A stretch of DNA of 64,000 nucleotides from Candidatus Bathyarchaeota archaeon (GCA_963702095.1 OY969706.1:704001-768000), one strand, 5' to 3'. Shown: positions 1 to 11,161, numbered from the stretch's first letter. A program made the numbers and translations. Notes: generated by a model not told the origin, from the sequence alone.

Positions 1-426
1 TTGGGTTTAAACGCCAAATTTACCGATATCCAAGCTGTAATTGGTATAGAGCAAATGAAAAAGCTAGATTGGAGGGTAAAACGAAAGAAAGAAATTTATA
101 AGCTCTATTGTGAACAATTAGCTAAGCTCGACCAGATTGAATTAATAGAAACGAATCTTGAGGAAACGTCCCCTTGGTTTATGGATATTTTCGTTAGGGC
201 ACATAGAACACAGCTGATGTCCTTTCTTAAGGAAAAAGGAATAGGCACCCGACTATTCTATCCACCTATTCATACCCAACCCCCTTATCTATGGGTAAAA
301 GGGCAGTTCGAAAAGTCAACTTTTGTATCTGATCATGGATTGTGGCTTCCATCTTCTTCTTTTCTCACTGACGACCAAATTGAGTTCATCTGTAAAAATA
401 TTAAGGCATTCTTTGACGGCAATTAG
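1..426 (+). CDS. DegT/DnrJ/EryC1/StrS family PLP-dependent sugar aminotransferase, C-terminal part (runs off window)
   Basis: GLNAKFTDIQAVIG, LKEKGIGTRLFYPPIHTQP and LWLPSS...LTDDQI motifs typical of the DegT C-terminus. Confidence 0.9.
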   Translation: MGLNAKFTDIQAVIGIEQMKKLDWRVKRKKEIYKLYCEQLAKLDQIELIETNLEETSPWFMDIFVRAHRTQLMSFLKEKGIGTRLFYPPIHTQPPYLWVKGQFEKSTFVSDHGLWLPSSSFLTDDQIEFICKNIKAFFDGN

Positions 427-447
427 GTGTTATTTGGAAAGTTGAAG

Positions 448-1290
448 TTATCCCTGTGGAGTAGCTAGAGAAAGTGTCGAGGCAACTATCATGCTGTCGC
501 TTAGAATATAGTTCCGTGGGCTTCGGTAGTCTTGGTAAATGCCCGTATCAATGAACGCGCCATCGCATGTTGGGTCGCCTGTTCTTAGATCGTGGATGCC
601 GGTGTGAACTTTATTAGCGTCAGTTAATGCGCCAGTTGTTGATGTTGATAACCACATTGTTAGATTGCCATTTTGTTTAAATTCGGCATAAATTACTACT
701 CGGAACCATTGATTTAGTGGTGCGTTGTCAATCCAATATTGATTTTCACCTCCTGTGGAGTCTTTTTGGTAAAGATACATTTTGAGCATGCCGCTTTGAT
801 TGCAAAGAATTATGCAGGCCGGCAATCCTGATGCATCGTCGCTCTTGCAGTGCATTTGCATAATATTGCACCAGTTGGCTGAAGGTGATATAGAGAATGT
901 GCTTGGGATATACAATGCCGCACCAAAATAGAATTGTGGCGTGTCTTGCATCACATTCCAACGAATAAGTTTTGAACGCACAACACCGCTTGCAGGCGGG
1001 TTATTAATGCTCGAATTTGCGCTGTATGCGCCATTAAAAACGTTTGTTGACTCTAAAACCGAGCCTGAATTGCTGCTGCTCGGATAGGTTTGCACTTCAC
1101 CACCGTTTACTATTTCGTTGAAATTGCCGTTATCGAAAAAGGCGCTCCAATAGACTTGTCCACTTGATACCTGTCCTTGGGCGGTGACTGATTTTGAAAC
1201 CGTTGTGCTTGAATTGCCTGTTTGAATACCTATAGATAGGAGTAAACTTAGGGATAAAATTAGGATGATGGCTTTCTTAACTTCTTCCAT
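448..1290 (-). CDS. Secreted beta-sandwich protein (ConA/polysaccharide-lyase-like)
   Basis: N-terminal signal peptide; paralog of the C-terminal domain of 3046..4587 (YW.A.F..GNF, FYFGAA.Y.PS.F, W.N.MQ.H, F.D.GIY, D.M..AST). Confidence 0.6.
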   Translation of the reverse strand: MEEVKKAIILILSLSLLLSIGIQTGNSSTTVSKSVTAQGQVSSGQVYWSAFFDNGNFNEIVNGGEVQTYPSSSNSGSVLESTNVFNGAYSANSSINNPPASGVVRSKLIRWNVMQDTPQFYFGAALYIPSTFSISPSANWCNIMQMHCKSDDASGLPACIILCNQSGMLKMYLYQKDSTGGENQYWIDNAPLNQWFRVVIYAEFKQNGNLTMWLSTSTTGALTDANKVHTGIHDLRTGDPTCDGAFIDTGIYQDYRSPRNYILSDSMIVASTLSLATPQG

Positions 1291-1574
1291 TTCACACCCA
1301 TCTATTGTGTTAAGACTTAATATAAGTGAGATATTTATGCCTTACTAATTGACAAACATTAGAATCATATTCTTTAATCTTTCACACATTTTACCACTGA
1401 TATGAATTTATTTTACCGTGAACCTTTTTGAGAAAATATGACTGACGTTCTCTTGTCTTCACTCAATCCAAAAGAAAAACAATGTGAATTATTACAACAC
1501 TATCCTTAAATAAAACATAAATATACGGTGAACTAACCCCTGATTTACAACAAACTGGGAAGGGCTATAATATA

Positions 1575-2824
1575 GTGACCGATAACATAGTTGGGCAGAA
1601 AAAAATTTATGTTGTTACCAATGGTTGCCCAGAAAATCGACTAGACGTATCCAGTGAACAAGAGCTTCTTAGGTAAAAAATGGGTTTATAGTCACAAAGA
1701 ACTGGCATGAGGCAGATTTTATCTTTTTTAATGCGTGTGGCCGGTCTGATGAATCAGCTCAATATTCACTGCAAATAATTAATTATATTCAAGAAACAAA
1801 AGGTAAGGATCAGATTCTGATTGTCTGGGGGTGTTTACCCAAGATAGATTTAGATTTATTGAAGCAAAACTTCGATGGAACTATTATCCCCGCCTCAGAT
1901 CTTAAAGAGTTCATAAAATCGCTAGGTGTTGTTGGAGAAATCGAACCGGTTGCAAGCAACAAGCTAGGCGAATCATGGCGATTAAGTAAGGACATAGCCT
2001 CTAACTATAGGCGTTATGAGGGCTCTCTGCTAAGTAGAGCATATAAAAAGGCTGGACTTAAATGGGAATCATATCTTAATTCTAACTTCAATCTTGTGAA
2101 GGATAAAGACCCGTCTATTTTCTACATTAAGGTATCTACCGGTTGTCATAGCAATTGCGCTTACTGCGCTATTAAGAAATCTAGGGGAATGACTAAAAGC
2201 AAACCAATACCCAAAGTCGTAGCAGAGTTTAGAACTGGTTTGCAACAGGGATTTAAAAAATTTAGTCTACTTGGTACTGATCTTAGCTCATATGGCATGG
2301 ATATTGGATGTACTCTCAATGATCTACTTAAGGAGCTTATACGAGAAAAGGGCGATTTCAAAATCAGTTTAAGAAACATAAATCCCGGCAATTTTAAGCG
2401 ACTGATCGATGACTTCCTGCCTTTACTTAGTAGCAATAAAATAGAATATCTTGAAATGGCTGCCGAATCAGGAAGCGATAGAATAATCAAGCTTATGAAT
2501 CGTACCTATACTATAGCTGAATTCAAAGAAATGGTCTCTAAAATCCGTAAAGCTTATCCCCAGTTCATTTTAAGAACTCAATTGATTGCGGGTTTTCCAA
2601 CCGAAACAGAGGAAGAATTCCAAGAGACCATGAATTTAGTAGACGATGTGGTTTTCGATTTTGTGGAAGTATATGAATTCTCAGAACGCAAAGGAACTAT
2701 TGCAGAGAAGTTGGAACCCAAAGTACCTGATAATATAAAAAAAAGACGGTATATGAAGTTATACAGAAAGGCGATTTTAAATAGAACCCCGCGGAAGATT
2801 AAACATATCATTCTGAATAAGTGA
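1575..2824 (+). CDS. MiaB-like radical SAM methylthiotransferase family protein lacking TRAM domain; frameshift near 1673
   Basis: GTG at 1575 gives KIYVVTNGCPENRLD; next frame gives ADFIFFNAC and WGCLP (MTTase N-domain cysteines), then GCHSNCAYC, ESGSDRIIKLMNR and IAGFPTETEEEF. Confidence 0.8.
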
Positions 2825-3045
2825 GAGCGGCCAGAAAATACTTTTTAAAGATCCAGTCCTAAAGAGAATATATTTCGTTGCTATCTTAAAAGTATGAAAT
2901 TTGTTCTATGTTTTTACCCCTAACGTACTTTTCTTGGGTGACTACATTATAATTAATCAGTTGCCCATTTCTATTGTATTTCTGATCAACAGAAACACGT
3001 GTAGATTAATACTGTAGTGCTTCGATATTACTTGCCGAGGAATGG

Positions 3046-4587
3046 ATGGCGTCTACTGAAAGTGAAATTTCACTTGAACGATTAATAAACTTATTAAGGC
3101 GAGTGAAGAATGCTGTCTTTAAGTTTGCTTTAGTATTTCTTACTACTTTTCAAGTATTCAATGATAGGGCAATTAAATCCAGTTTATTACTTACTAAGCA
3201 TGTTTTGAGAACATTATCCGTTCAATTGATTACTAAAGGAAAAGGCATATCGAAAGAAAAATTGGCAAGTGCTTTTACTATTACTTTATTGATATTTGCA
3301 TTTGTTGGATTTTTCACTTCGATTGGATTCTTCGGTTCAGCCGCCTCTCCTCCCTCTTTTTCCTCTTATCAACAATATTCACAATGGATGAGAACTTCTC
3401 CCTTTTCTGCTGCTACTTCACTAAATCCGACTGCTAATTTGGATCCTTTTCCGGTTCCTAGGTATGATCATCCGCTTGTTACTCAAACTCCAGCACCAAC
3501 TACCTCAAAAATAACTACTCCCACAGAAACGCCCTCGGTCACTGTTTCTCCTGCTCTCACCAGTAACTCATCCGCTTCCACAGCCCCTGCGCCTACTCTT
3601 TCTCCAACATCCACTCCAACACCTGCTCCCTTACCGACGACTACTCCTTCTCCAACATCCACTCCAACACCTGCTCCCTTACCGACGACTACTCCTTCTC
3701 CAACATCCACTCCAACACCTGCTCCCTTACCGACGACTACTCCTTCTCCAACATCCACTCCAACACCTGCTCCCTTACCGACGACTACTCCTTCTCCAAC
3801 TTCAACACCCACCCCAACAACACGACCTACTCCAACACCATCACCTACTCCCTCACCCACCACTAAACCAGACAGCGGAACACTATACTGGAAAGCCGAC
3901 TTCGAAGAAGGCAACTTCCAAGACCTAACAGGCACAGCAAAAACATCCAACGGCGAAGCACAAGTAACCCCCGGCGCCACCCTAAACGTAGAAACAAGCA
4001 ACGTCTTCGCCGGACACTACGCAGCCCAAGCCACAGTAACATACTCCTCAGGAATAAACCACGCCAAAGCAATAAGCTGGACACCAGCAAGAAACATAGC
4101 GGACTTCTACTTCGGTGCTGCAATATATTTGCCTTCTGATTTTGTGTCAAAAATAGGTAGTTCTGGTTGGGTTAATGTAATGCAGGTTCATGGTATGACT
4201 AGTAATGATGTTCCTGCTGCTTTGATTGCGAATAAGCTGTCTGATGGTTCGGTAAAGTTTACGTTGTGGAGTATGGTGGACGGCGGAGCGTGGAGAACTG
4301 TGTGGCAGGACACAGTGGATGTTTCGAATTATTTGGGTAAGTGGTTTACGGTGGTTATGCATATTCATTCGGTTTCTAATGGTGTGTTGGAGCTTTGGAT
4401 AAATGGTGATTGGAAGGTGACTAGTTATTCAAATTATGCTCCCTCTGATGAATATGCGAACGGTTTTGTTGACGCCGGCATATATCTTGGTTCGGGTACG
4501 CCTAATACTTTGCCTATGACAGTATACATTGACAATATGGTTCTAGCCTCCACATACGCCACAACCTACTCCGCCCTATACTCCTAA
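3046..4587 (+). CDS. Membrane-tethered protein with Pro/Thr/Ser linker and C-terminal ConA/polysaccharide-lyase-like domain
   Basis: Hydrophobic helix near aa 75-97, PT-rich repeats, C-terminal domain paralogous to 448..1290. Confidence 0.65.
   Translation: MASTESEISLERLINLLRRVKNAVFKFALVFLTTFQVFNDRAIKSSLLLTKHVLRTLSVQLITKGKGISKEKLASAFTITLLIFAFVGFFTSIGFFGSAASPPSFSSYQQYSQWMRTSPFSAATSLNPTANLDPFPVPRYDHPLVTQTPAPTTSKITTPTETPSVTVSPALTSNSSASTAPAPTLSPTSTPTPAPLPTTTPSPTSTPTPAPLPTTTPSPTSTPTPAPLPTTTPSPTSTPTPAPLPTTTPSPTSTPTPTTRPTPTPSPTPSPTTKPDSGTLYWKADFEEGNFQDLTGTAKTSNGEAQVTPGATLNVETSNVFAGHYAAQATVTYSSGINHAKAISWTPARNIADFYFGAAIYLPSDFVSKIGSSGWVNVMQVHGMTSNDVPAALIANKLSDGSVKFTLWSMVDGGAWRTVWQDTVDVSNYLGKWFTVVMHIHSVSNGVLELWINGDWKVTSYSNYAPSDEYANGFVDAGIYLGSGTPNTLPMTVYIDNMVLASTYATTYSALYS
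3601..3800 (+). repeat. Coding tandem repeat, 4 x 48 bp (SPTSTPTPAPLPTTTP)
   Basis: Unit tctccaacatccactccaacacctgctcccttaccgacgactactcct starts at 3601, 3649, 3697 and 3745. Confidence 0.95.
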
Positions 4588-4982
4588 AACTCGTTTTGAT
4601 TGATCTCGTCTGCTTCTCCAGCCCTATCAACGCTTAGATTATAGTGAGCAGTTTCTCCCATTTCTGTTTGCACTATCTTCCGTAAAACGGAAGCGTCATT
4701 AAAGGCACCCTACGCTTTCTGTTGATTTCTCCGCTCTTCACTCAAACCCTTTTTTGGCATCTTCTCTCTGATGGTTAGCGGTGACTTTAATTTTTTAGCT
4801 TTTAATTATGCTTAAAAAGCGGTTTGACGCCAAAAAGGATGAAGGTAGTTTTTTTGGCATTGGTATCCTCAAGCAAATAATTGTTTTTTCAATTGCTGCT
4901 TATTAACTATTTGAAATGGCAACGCATTAAGAACAGGTGATATCATTTAACGTTTATACTTCCATTTTCGGCATGCCTAACT

Positions 4983-5702
4983 TCACGTGCAATCTCTGCG
5001 CATATATATGCAATCACAAAACAGTAAATGTCCATTTTTTGGGTTTCTCAAAAATGACTCGCTTCCTTTAAAAACAAAACCTAATGATTTAAGCATTGAG
5101 TGTATGTCGTCAAAGTATAATGCGTGTTGATAACATGGTTCAAGGCTCGTTTCTACGATAAGCCATCTAGATCGTTGTATTGTTTTTTTTCCTCCCTCTA
5201 TTACCTTATCTTCAAAACCTTGAACATCAATTTTGATGAGAATGTTGTCCTCCACTTGGATTGAGTCCGCAATATCATCAAGCTTTCGAACATCTATCTT
5301 CTCTTCTTTAGTCTTTTCTGCAAAAGGGAAGGCTTCTTTATGAATCTGCCCCATCTGAAGCAGAGAAGAGCTGTCAGAAAATTCATTATGATAAATTATA
5401 CCCTTTCCATTATAATTTCCAAGAGCAACATTGAAACAACGAGAGCCAGCCATCTTCCTTATCTTGTCTTGCAGTTTGTCATAGCAATGTGCAAGCGGTT
5501 CGAAGGAATAAATCTTAGCGTCTGGTAAGAGCTGGTGAAAAAAAACTGCGGAGCTACCAATATCTGCGCCTATGTCAAGGATTGTTTTAATCCGCTCGCT
5601 CAATAGCCATCCATACGCTGGCCATTTGTCTTTCTTTGTAATCTCCAATCCGACGGTATTGAAAGTCTTCTTAACCATTCGTTCTAAAGCATTTTCAGGC
5701 AT
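4983..5702 (-). CDS. FkbM family methyltransferase
   Basis: ILDIGADIG, YSFEP, NVALG and LIKIDVQGFEDKVIEG motifs. Confidence 0.9.
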   Translation of the reverse strand: MPENALERMVKKTFNTVGLEITKKDKWPAYGWLLSERIKTILDIGADIGSSAVFFHQLLPDAKIYSFEPLAHCYDKLQDKIRKMAGSRCFNVALGNYNGKGIIYHNEFSDSSSLLQMGQIHKEAFPFAEKTKEEKIDVRKLDDIADSIQVEDNILIKIDVQGFEDKVIEGGKKTIQRSRWLIVETSLEPCYQHALYFDDIHSMLKSLGFVFKGSESFLRNPKNGHLLFCDCIYMRRDCT

Positions 5703-6046
5703 TATGCATCAACTAACTTTTTTTGCTGTGGGTCTGATCTCAATTGCCTAAACTCTTGATACATAACTACGACAATTAAACACTAAGCAGAGTACTCCTT
5801 TTTTAACAATTCGCTCTCTTGGCGAAATGACTAAATTTGTTAATAATTCTTGCATTTATTATCAAGATAATTGGCGCGCTCCTGTTTCATACACAAGGGG
5901 AGCTCCAAGACGGAATATGTCTAATTGATTTCTTTTGAAATAAAAGAAAAGTGTTAAGCAGTCGAGTAGCTAGAGGAAAGACAGACAGGCAAAATAGGGA
6001 TAATTTTATTTGTACATCTGAGGGATAGTATGTCTGAGGAAGGCAA

Positions 6047-8258
6047 TTGAATCCATTCACTAAGAGAGAAAAAATGTTGATAGCTATATTTACTACTGTT
6101 TTACTTCTATTTTCTTTTGTAATAGCAAGTTACGCTTATGCTGAAAACATGCGTACTGCTGCATCAGATAATGTAGTTTCGCTTGATAGCAATGGCGGCA
6201 TTACTGTAGGTGGTAACATTACTGGTGCTTCTATTATTGGCGGTCATTTCTATTGGAGTAATGGTGTTGAACTGAGCGACGGTGTGGGTGGTGAATCTGT
6301 CTGGTATAACGGGACAGGCGTACCCGCAAATAGCTTGGGTAGCGACGGCGATTACTACCTGAGGCTAGATAATGGCTACGTTTATAACAAGGATTCTGGC
6401 TCTTGGGTGCAAGTTGCCGACTTAACTGGGCCTCAAGGTATTCAAGGTTTGAAGGGCGATAAAGGTGATACTGGTTCTGTTGGTCCTGCTGGGCCTTCAA
6501 GGTATTCAAGGTTTGAAGGGTGATACTGGCGCTTCGGGTGCTGTTGGTCCTGCTGGAGCCGATGGCAAAGATGGTTTGAAGGGCGATAAAGGTGATACTG
6601 GTTCTGTTGGTCCTGCTGGGCATCAAGGTATTCAAGGTTTGAAGGGTGATACTGGCGCTTCGGGTGCTGTTGGTCCTGCTGGAGCCGATGGCAAAGATGC
6701 GACCCAAATCATAGGATCATATAACTTCTTTATTGGCAAGTGGCCTAACGCAACCTACTATGCTCAGAATGGCACAGATGGCTGCATCACTTTTACTTCA
6801 AATGATTGTACGCAAGTTTTGCAACCATTAGTTAATGATATGCATAGCGGTGGGAAATTTCTATTCGGACAAGGTATATTCTATTTCAATTCAACGGTCT
6901 ATTTGCCATACGGCGTTAACTTCGACATTGAAGGAATGGCTACACCAACATGGGTTTATCCGTTAGCCGTAATATCAAACTCTACACCAACAGACGGAAC
7001 ACAACTTAGAATAGGAGCTAATTTCTTGACAAATGGAAGCACAACCTATCTTTTCTACCGCAATACGGGAAGCGCATCTCAAGGAGCATTAACAATCAAA
7101 AATTTAGCAATCATGCCGCCTTGGGGAGAAACCGTTGGCAACACCCTAATATATGGAATATACGATAGAAACGATGGTGTGATCACAGAGGATAACCTGT
7201 TGTTTGTTCCCTATGGCTGGGCAGAAGCTGGACAACTCAAACCAAATTTATCTGTACTCAACAATTTAGCCAGTCAAGTTCTAATAGGTGATGGCGGGGC
7301 AAGCGAACTAAGAATTGGCTATATTAGCGAATTTGGCTTAAACGCTCCTACATCATGTGGTGGCTTTGATAATATATATGTTCAGAGAATCACAACTGAC
7401 AGATGCATTGCGCCTTTACAATTTCAAGCGATTTGGCAAAACAACATAAATGAAATTGATTGCTACAACCCATATAATGAAATCGCTGATATTCATGTAG
7501 CCAATATAGTTGCAAGCACTAGGGGCCTTAATGCAGCAACAAGCGTCATTAATACCTTAAATGTCGAAAGTTTTGATTTTGCCCCAAACAATGGTACTTA
7601 CCTAATAAAATTACTGAACACGACAACGGATTACATAACAATTAACCATGCGATGATTTGGGACGGTCCATGGGGAAGCTCATACAAAAGTCTTACGAAC
7701 AACAATATGCTATTATTAGGCTCGAATAGCGTATTCAACTTAGCCGGCAACCAAAAATGGATAACATATACAAGCGGAGTAGAAACCTTTGTATGGGGTA
7801 ATCATCAAGTCGGGACAAATACTCAAACAGGAGTAATAAACCAAGCATACTGCCAATATTATCAAGTAACAACACCCCAGAGAATCAACCAGATCAACTG
7901 TCCATTGCAGACTGTTAGCGGCACAGGCAATCTTATGCTCTTAATATATGCAGACCATGGAAATACGCCAACAGGTGGCTCTCTACTTTACTCAGCTTCC
8001 GTTTCAACAGCCGCAAGTCCAGTAGTATTCAATAACATCAATCTAATGATAAATGATACAACTTCTATTTGGATATGCTTTATGACTTCTGATACAACAA
8101 TGACCTTATATCGTCAAAGCGCGATGAGTGTTTTTAGCGATATGCGTGATGGTTGCTACTTCACATCTCCAACATTTGCAGCACCAACGACTTGTCCAAT
8201 AACGACTTTAGACGCTAGCAAAGATATTACTTGCTTAATAGGGTACACGCCATTTTAG
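6047..8258 (+). CDS. Secreted collagen-like (Gly-X-Y) protein with beta-helix-like middle domain; frameshift near 6497
   Basis: Signal peptide; WYNGTGVP...GDYYL...W motif; [14 protein letters not shown] repeats; ORFs 6047..6523 and 6465..8258 join if the extra base in gggccttcaagg is removed (second repeat copy reads gggcatcaagg). Confidence 0.7.
6447..6699 (+). repeat. Two tandem copies of about 126 bp encoding collagen triplets
   Basis: ggtttgaagggcgataaaggtgatactggttctgttggtcctgctggg...ggcaaagatg occurs twice. Confidence 0.9.
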
Positions 8259-8676
8259 AATGCCTTTTTTTGGCTTAGAGGTAGGTTTCGGATAGCTTGG
8301 AACCAACCAAGCTCATCTTTTCTTCAATTATCAGAAAATTAACAATTCGTAAATATTAACAGTTTTGCTAGCAATATTTTGGAATTGTTCACAAGCTTGT
8401 TTATATCTGAGAATATGTGACTTTTCTATTATATTCTTGTTTTGGGAATACTTCTTATATGCTTTTTTTGCCTAGCTACCGGTAAGCAAAACATCGAGCA
8501 TATGCGTTCACTGATAAGCAGTTTTCCCCTCGATAGCTGCAAAATACTTAAAAGTCCAAGTGTCGAATGGTAATTGAAATGTCAGCTAGTGAGCACTCCC
8601 TTTAGAGAGGGATTTACCAGATATATCTATGCAGGTAACTAGAAGAGAATGCTAAACCGTAAACTGGAACTGAAAG

Positions 8677-9504
8677 GTGAAACACGTTTGGAAAAAATTG
8701 TGGCCGAGGGAGCACAATTGCTTGGGATGGTGGAATATGATGGTGTTAAGTACGCAATTCAGCATAGACTATAGAAACCTCAAGGTCACTAGCTCATTTA
8801 GCGAATCAACAGCTAAGGCGATGAATTTGATTAGGTCAACGCAGGTTATTATAGCGGCTCTAAATGAACAAGACGGTTTGTGTTTAACAATCAAAGAGAT
8901 TAAAGCCGCCCTGGGTAACCCTCGTATTTTAGTTATCGATGGAAATAGTACCGATAAAACTGTAGAAGTTGGTAAAAAACTCGGAGCAAGAGTTGTTTAT
9001 CAAGACGGACAAGGAAAGGGGGATGCGTTAGCCAAAGGCATAGAGTGCATGGACCGGGTCAAATATGTGGTCTTCATAGATGCTGACTTTACCTATCCTG
9101 CAGGTCATATCAACGAAATGATTCATATCTTGGAAGAACACCCAGAAGTTGGAATGGTATGTGGTGATAGATTCAAAACCAGAGATGGTCATAAAGCACA
9201 AAATAGGATCTTTTACATTGGCAATCTCCTGATAGCCTTCGCGTACAACGTTTTAAATAGCGTCCAATTAAAGGATCCGCTTACAGGTCTTCGAGTTGTT
9301 CGCGCTGAACTTCTTAAAGGATGGAAAATACAATCTAAAGGTTTCGATATAGAGGTTGAATTAAACCATTACGTTGAGCGCAGGGGATTTGGTATAATCG
9401 AGATCCCAATCGATTATAGACCACGCATAGGAGAAAAAAAATTGAGAGTTAGACACGGCGTAGCGATTCTAAAACGGATAGTTATCGAAACCATTAACCA
9501 ATAA
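8677..9504 (+). CDS. GT2 glycosyltransferase (DPM/DPG synthase-like); true start probably near 8821
   Basis: IIAALNE, IDGNSTDKT, GKGDA, FIDADFTYP, DPLTGLR and FDIEVE motifs. Confidence 0.9.
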   Translation: MKHVWKKLWPREHNCLGWWNMMVLSTQFSIDYRNLKVTSSFSESTAKAMNLIRSTQVIIAALNEQDGLCLTIKEIKAALGNPRILVIDGNSTDKTVEVGKKLGARVVYQDGQGKGDALAKGIECMDRVKYVVFIDADFTYPAGHINEMIHILEEHPEVGMVCGDRFKTRDGHKAQNRIFYIGNLLIAFAYNVLNSVQLKDPLTGLRVVRAELLKGWKIQSKGFDIEVELNHYVERRGFGIIEIPIDYRPRIGEKKLRVRHGVAILKRIVIETINQ

Positions 9505-9558
9505 GAGGAAAATGAGAGATGTTGCAGTGCGATGTTGTAAGCCAGCAACGTCTGCGGA

Positions 9559-10257
9559 TTATCCCTTTAGATATGCCCTAAAAATTGAAAACAATATTTT
9601 GCTGCCATCCACCAAGGGGTCCACGCCTGAACGCCCGTAGGTGCGCTGCTCAAAAGTTATGGGCACCTCAGCCACTCGAAAGCCGGCTTTAGCGGTTTTT
9701 ACCAGCATTTCAGATTCTATTTCATATTCGCTTGACTTTAACGTTTGGTAACTGAGTACTTCCCGTTTCATCACGCGGTAACCTGACTGGCTATCCGTTA
9801 TGGCGATGCCGGTTAAGAGCTTGATAAGGTAGTTGAAGATTTTGACGCCGAACTTGTTGAGTTTGCGTGCCGCGACCCGTTTGTGGTTCATATAACGGCT
9901 GCCAATAACCATATCCGCCTGATCGGTCAGTACTGGCGATAGAACCTCGGGAAGTTCTTCGGGCAAATGTGAACCGTCGGAGTCCATTGTGACGATTAAG
10001 TCACCGTGGGCTTTGGCAAAACCCGCGCGCAACGCATAGCCTTTGCCCAGATGCTCCCTAAGAGAATACACTCTCACCCTTCGATGAAGCGCCACTTCAA
10101 GAGACCGGTCAAAAGAAAGGTCGTTTACAACGATTATCTCGTAGGGGCAACCGATTTGTCCTGCTGCGTCTTTGGCGCGGTCAATGATGTTGCCTACGGT
10201 TAATTCCTCGTTGTAGACGGGAATTATGATGGAAAGCAGCATTTGACGTTTGCCCAT
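9559..10257 (-). CDS. GT2 glycosyltransferase (DPM synthase-like)
   Basis: SIIIPVYNEE, GKGYALRAG, MDSDGSH, IGSRY and DSQSGYR motifs. Confidence 0.9.
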   Translation of the reverse strand: MGKRQMLLSIIIPVYNEELTVGNIIDRAKDAAGQIGCPYEIIVVNDLSFDRSLEVALHRRVRVYSLREHLGKGYALRAGFAKAHGDLIVTMDSDGSHLPEELPEVLSPVLTDQADMVIGSRYMNHKRVAARKLNKFGVKIFNYLIKLLTGIAITDSQSGYRVMKREVLSYQTLKSSEYEIESEMLVKTAKAGFRVAEVPITFEQRTYGRSGVDPLVDGSKILFSIFRAYLKG

Positions 10258-10572
10258 TTTATCTTAACCTCCAATGGAAGACCTTATAAAGTTTGGCTAC
10301 CCCAACCTTGTAAGCAATCAAATGGGACAACTGGGATAAAATGCAGACCGCAACCGCCGCCAAAGCTTATTCTGACCGAAAAGTATGGTTTTCTATAGGT
10401 TATCTAACAATTTTATGGCAAAATTGTTTGAGTTAGCGATTTTATAGCAAGAACTAGAGAGTATGTTCTTGAGTGTTTTGTTCCTTCAGAACTAAAGCAT
10501 AGTTAATTCTGACGGAGAAGCCATATTTAGTAGTTAGGGTTTGATTTCCAAACTACTTTTCTTTTTGTTTCT

Positions 10573-10938
10573 CTAATTTGTCATGGAGGCAAGGGGGTTT
10601 TTACTTATGCTATTTGCAGCGACAGGACGGAAATGTACGGTTTTTGCGATTCGGCGTTTATTTAGCCAACCCATTCTGGAAAGTTGATTTAGGTAGTTGC
10701 TTTCGATTGATCGGCATCGTCCGGTATAGGTTGACACTGAAACGGCGTCGCATTCACCTTTAGATGCAACCGCCAAGTATGTCTTCCTCAGGTGGTCGGG
10801 TAAGATGATAAGTTCTGACTCTGCCAATTGTAATGGCTGAGGATTTAAGTTGGCGAAGCTAATTTCGATATCATCTAAGCGTTTTCTCATGTTCATGATT
10901 TCTTTGAATATTTGTTCGAGCACAGATCTTCTAACCAT
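10573..10938 (-). CDS. Winged-HTH transcriptional regulator with N-terminal coiled coil
   Basis: LPDHLRKT...TGRCRSIESNYLNQLSRMGWL archaeal wHTH pattern; gaggg SD-like sequence before ATG 10938. Confidence 0.7.
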   Translation of the reverse strand: MVRRSVLEQIFKEIMNMRKRLDDIEISFANLNPQPLQLAESELIILPDHLRKTYLAVASKGECDAVSVSTYTGRCRSIESNYLNQLSRMGWLNKRRIAKTVHFRPVAANSISKNPLASMTN

Positions 10939-11036
10939 ATGTTTCCCTCTTTTCTTTTTCAATCTGATAATCGCTAACTGCAAGTTGGCAATTTAATTGT
11001 TTTTGAGAAGCGGATTTAGCGTTTACTCCACTGTAT

Positions 11037-11161
11037 TTCGCACTATGCGAAGTGGACTTCGCAAAATTTGTGAAGTCAAGTATTTACTTGCTTACTGCAA
11101 AATAAGGTTGCATAATCTAAAAAGCGCTTGTTACTTGCAGTGATGCAATTAAACTGTTGCA
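11037..11161. promoter_or_regulatory. Cluster of inverted repeats, candidate operator
   Basis: TTCGCA-cta-TGCGAA at 11037; GACTTCGCAAA-a-TTTGTGAAGTC at 11055; TGCAA-N7-TTGCA at 11096; TTGCA-N4-TGCAA at 11135. Confidence 0.5.

Noticed and set aside
3601-3800. Regular repeats as a possible CRISPR array
   Set aside because: Head-to-tail 48-bp units with no spacers, in frame in a PT linker; no cas genes
3483-4001. Antisense Val/Gly-rich ORFs here and at 13483, 26090, 42304-42987, 49046-49852 and similar positions
   Set aside because: Shadow frames of PT-rich or skewed genes on the opposite strand
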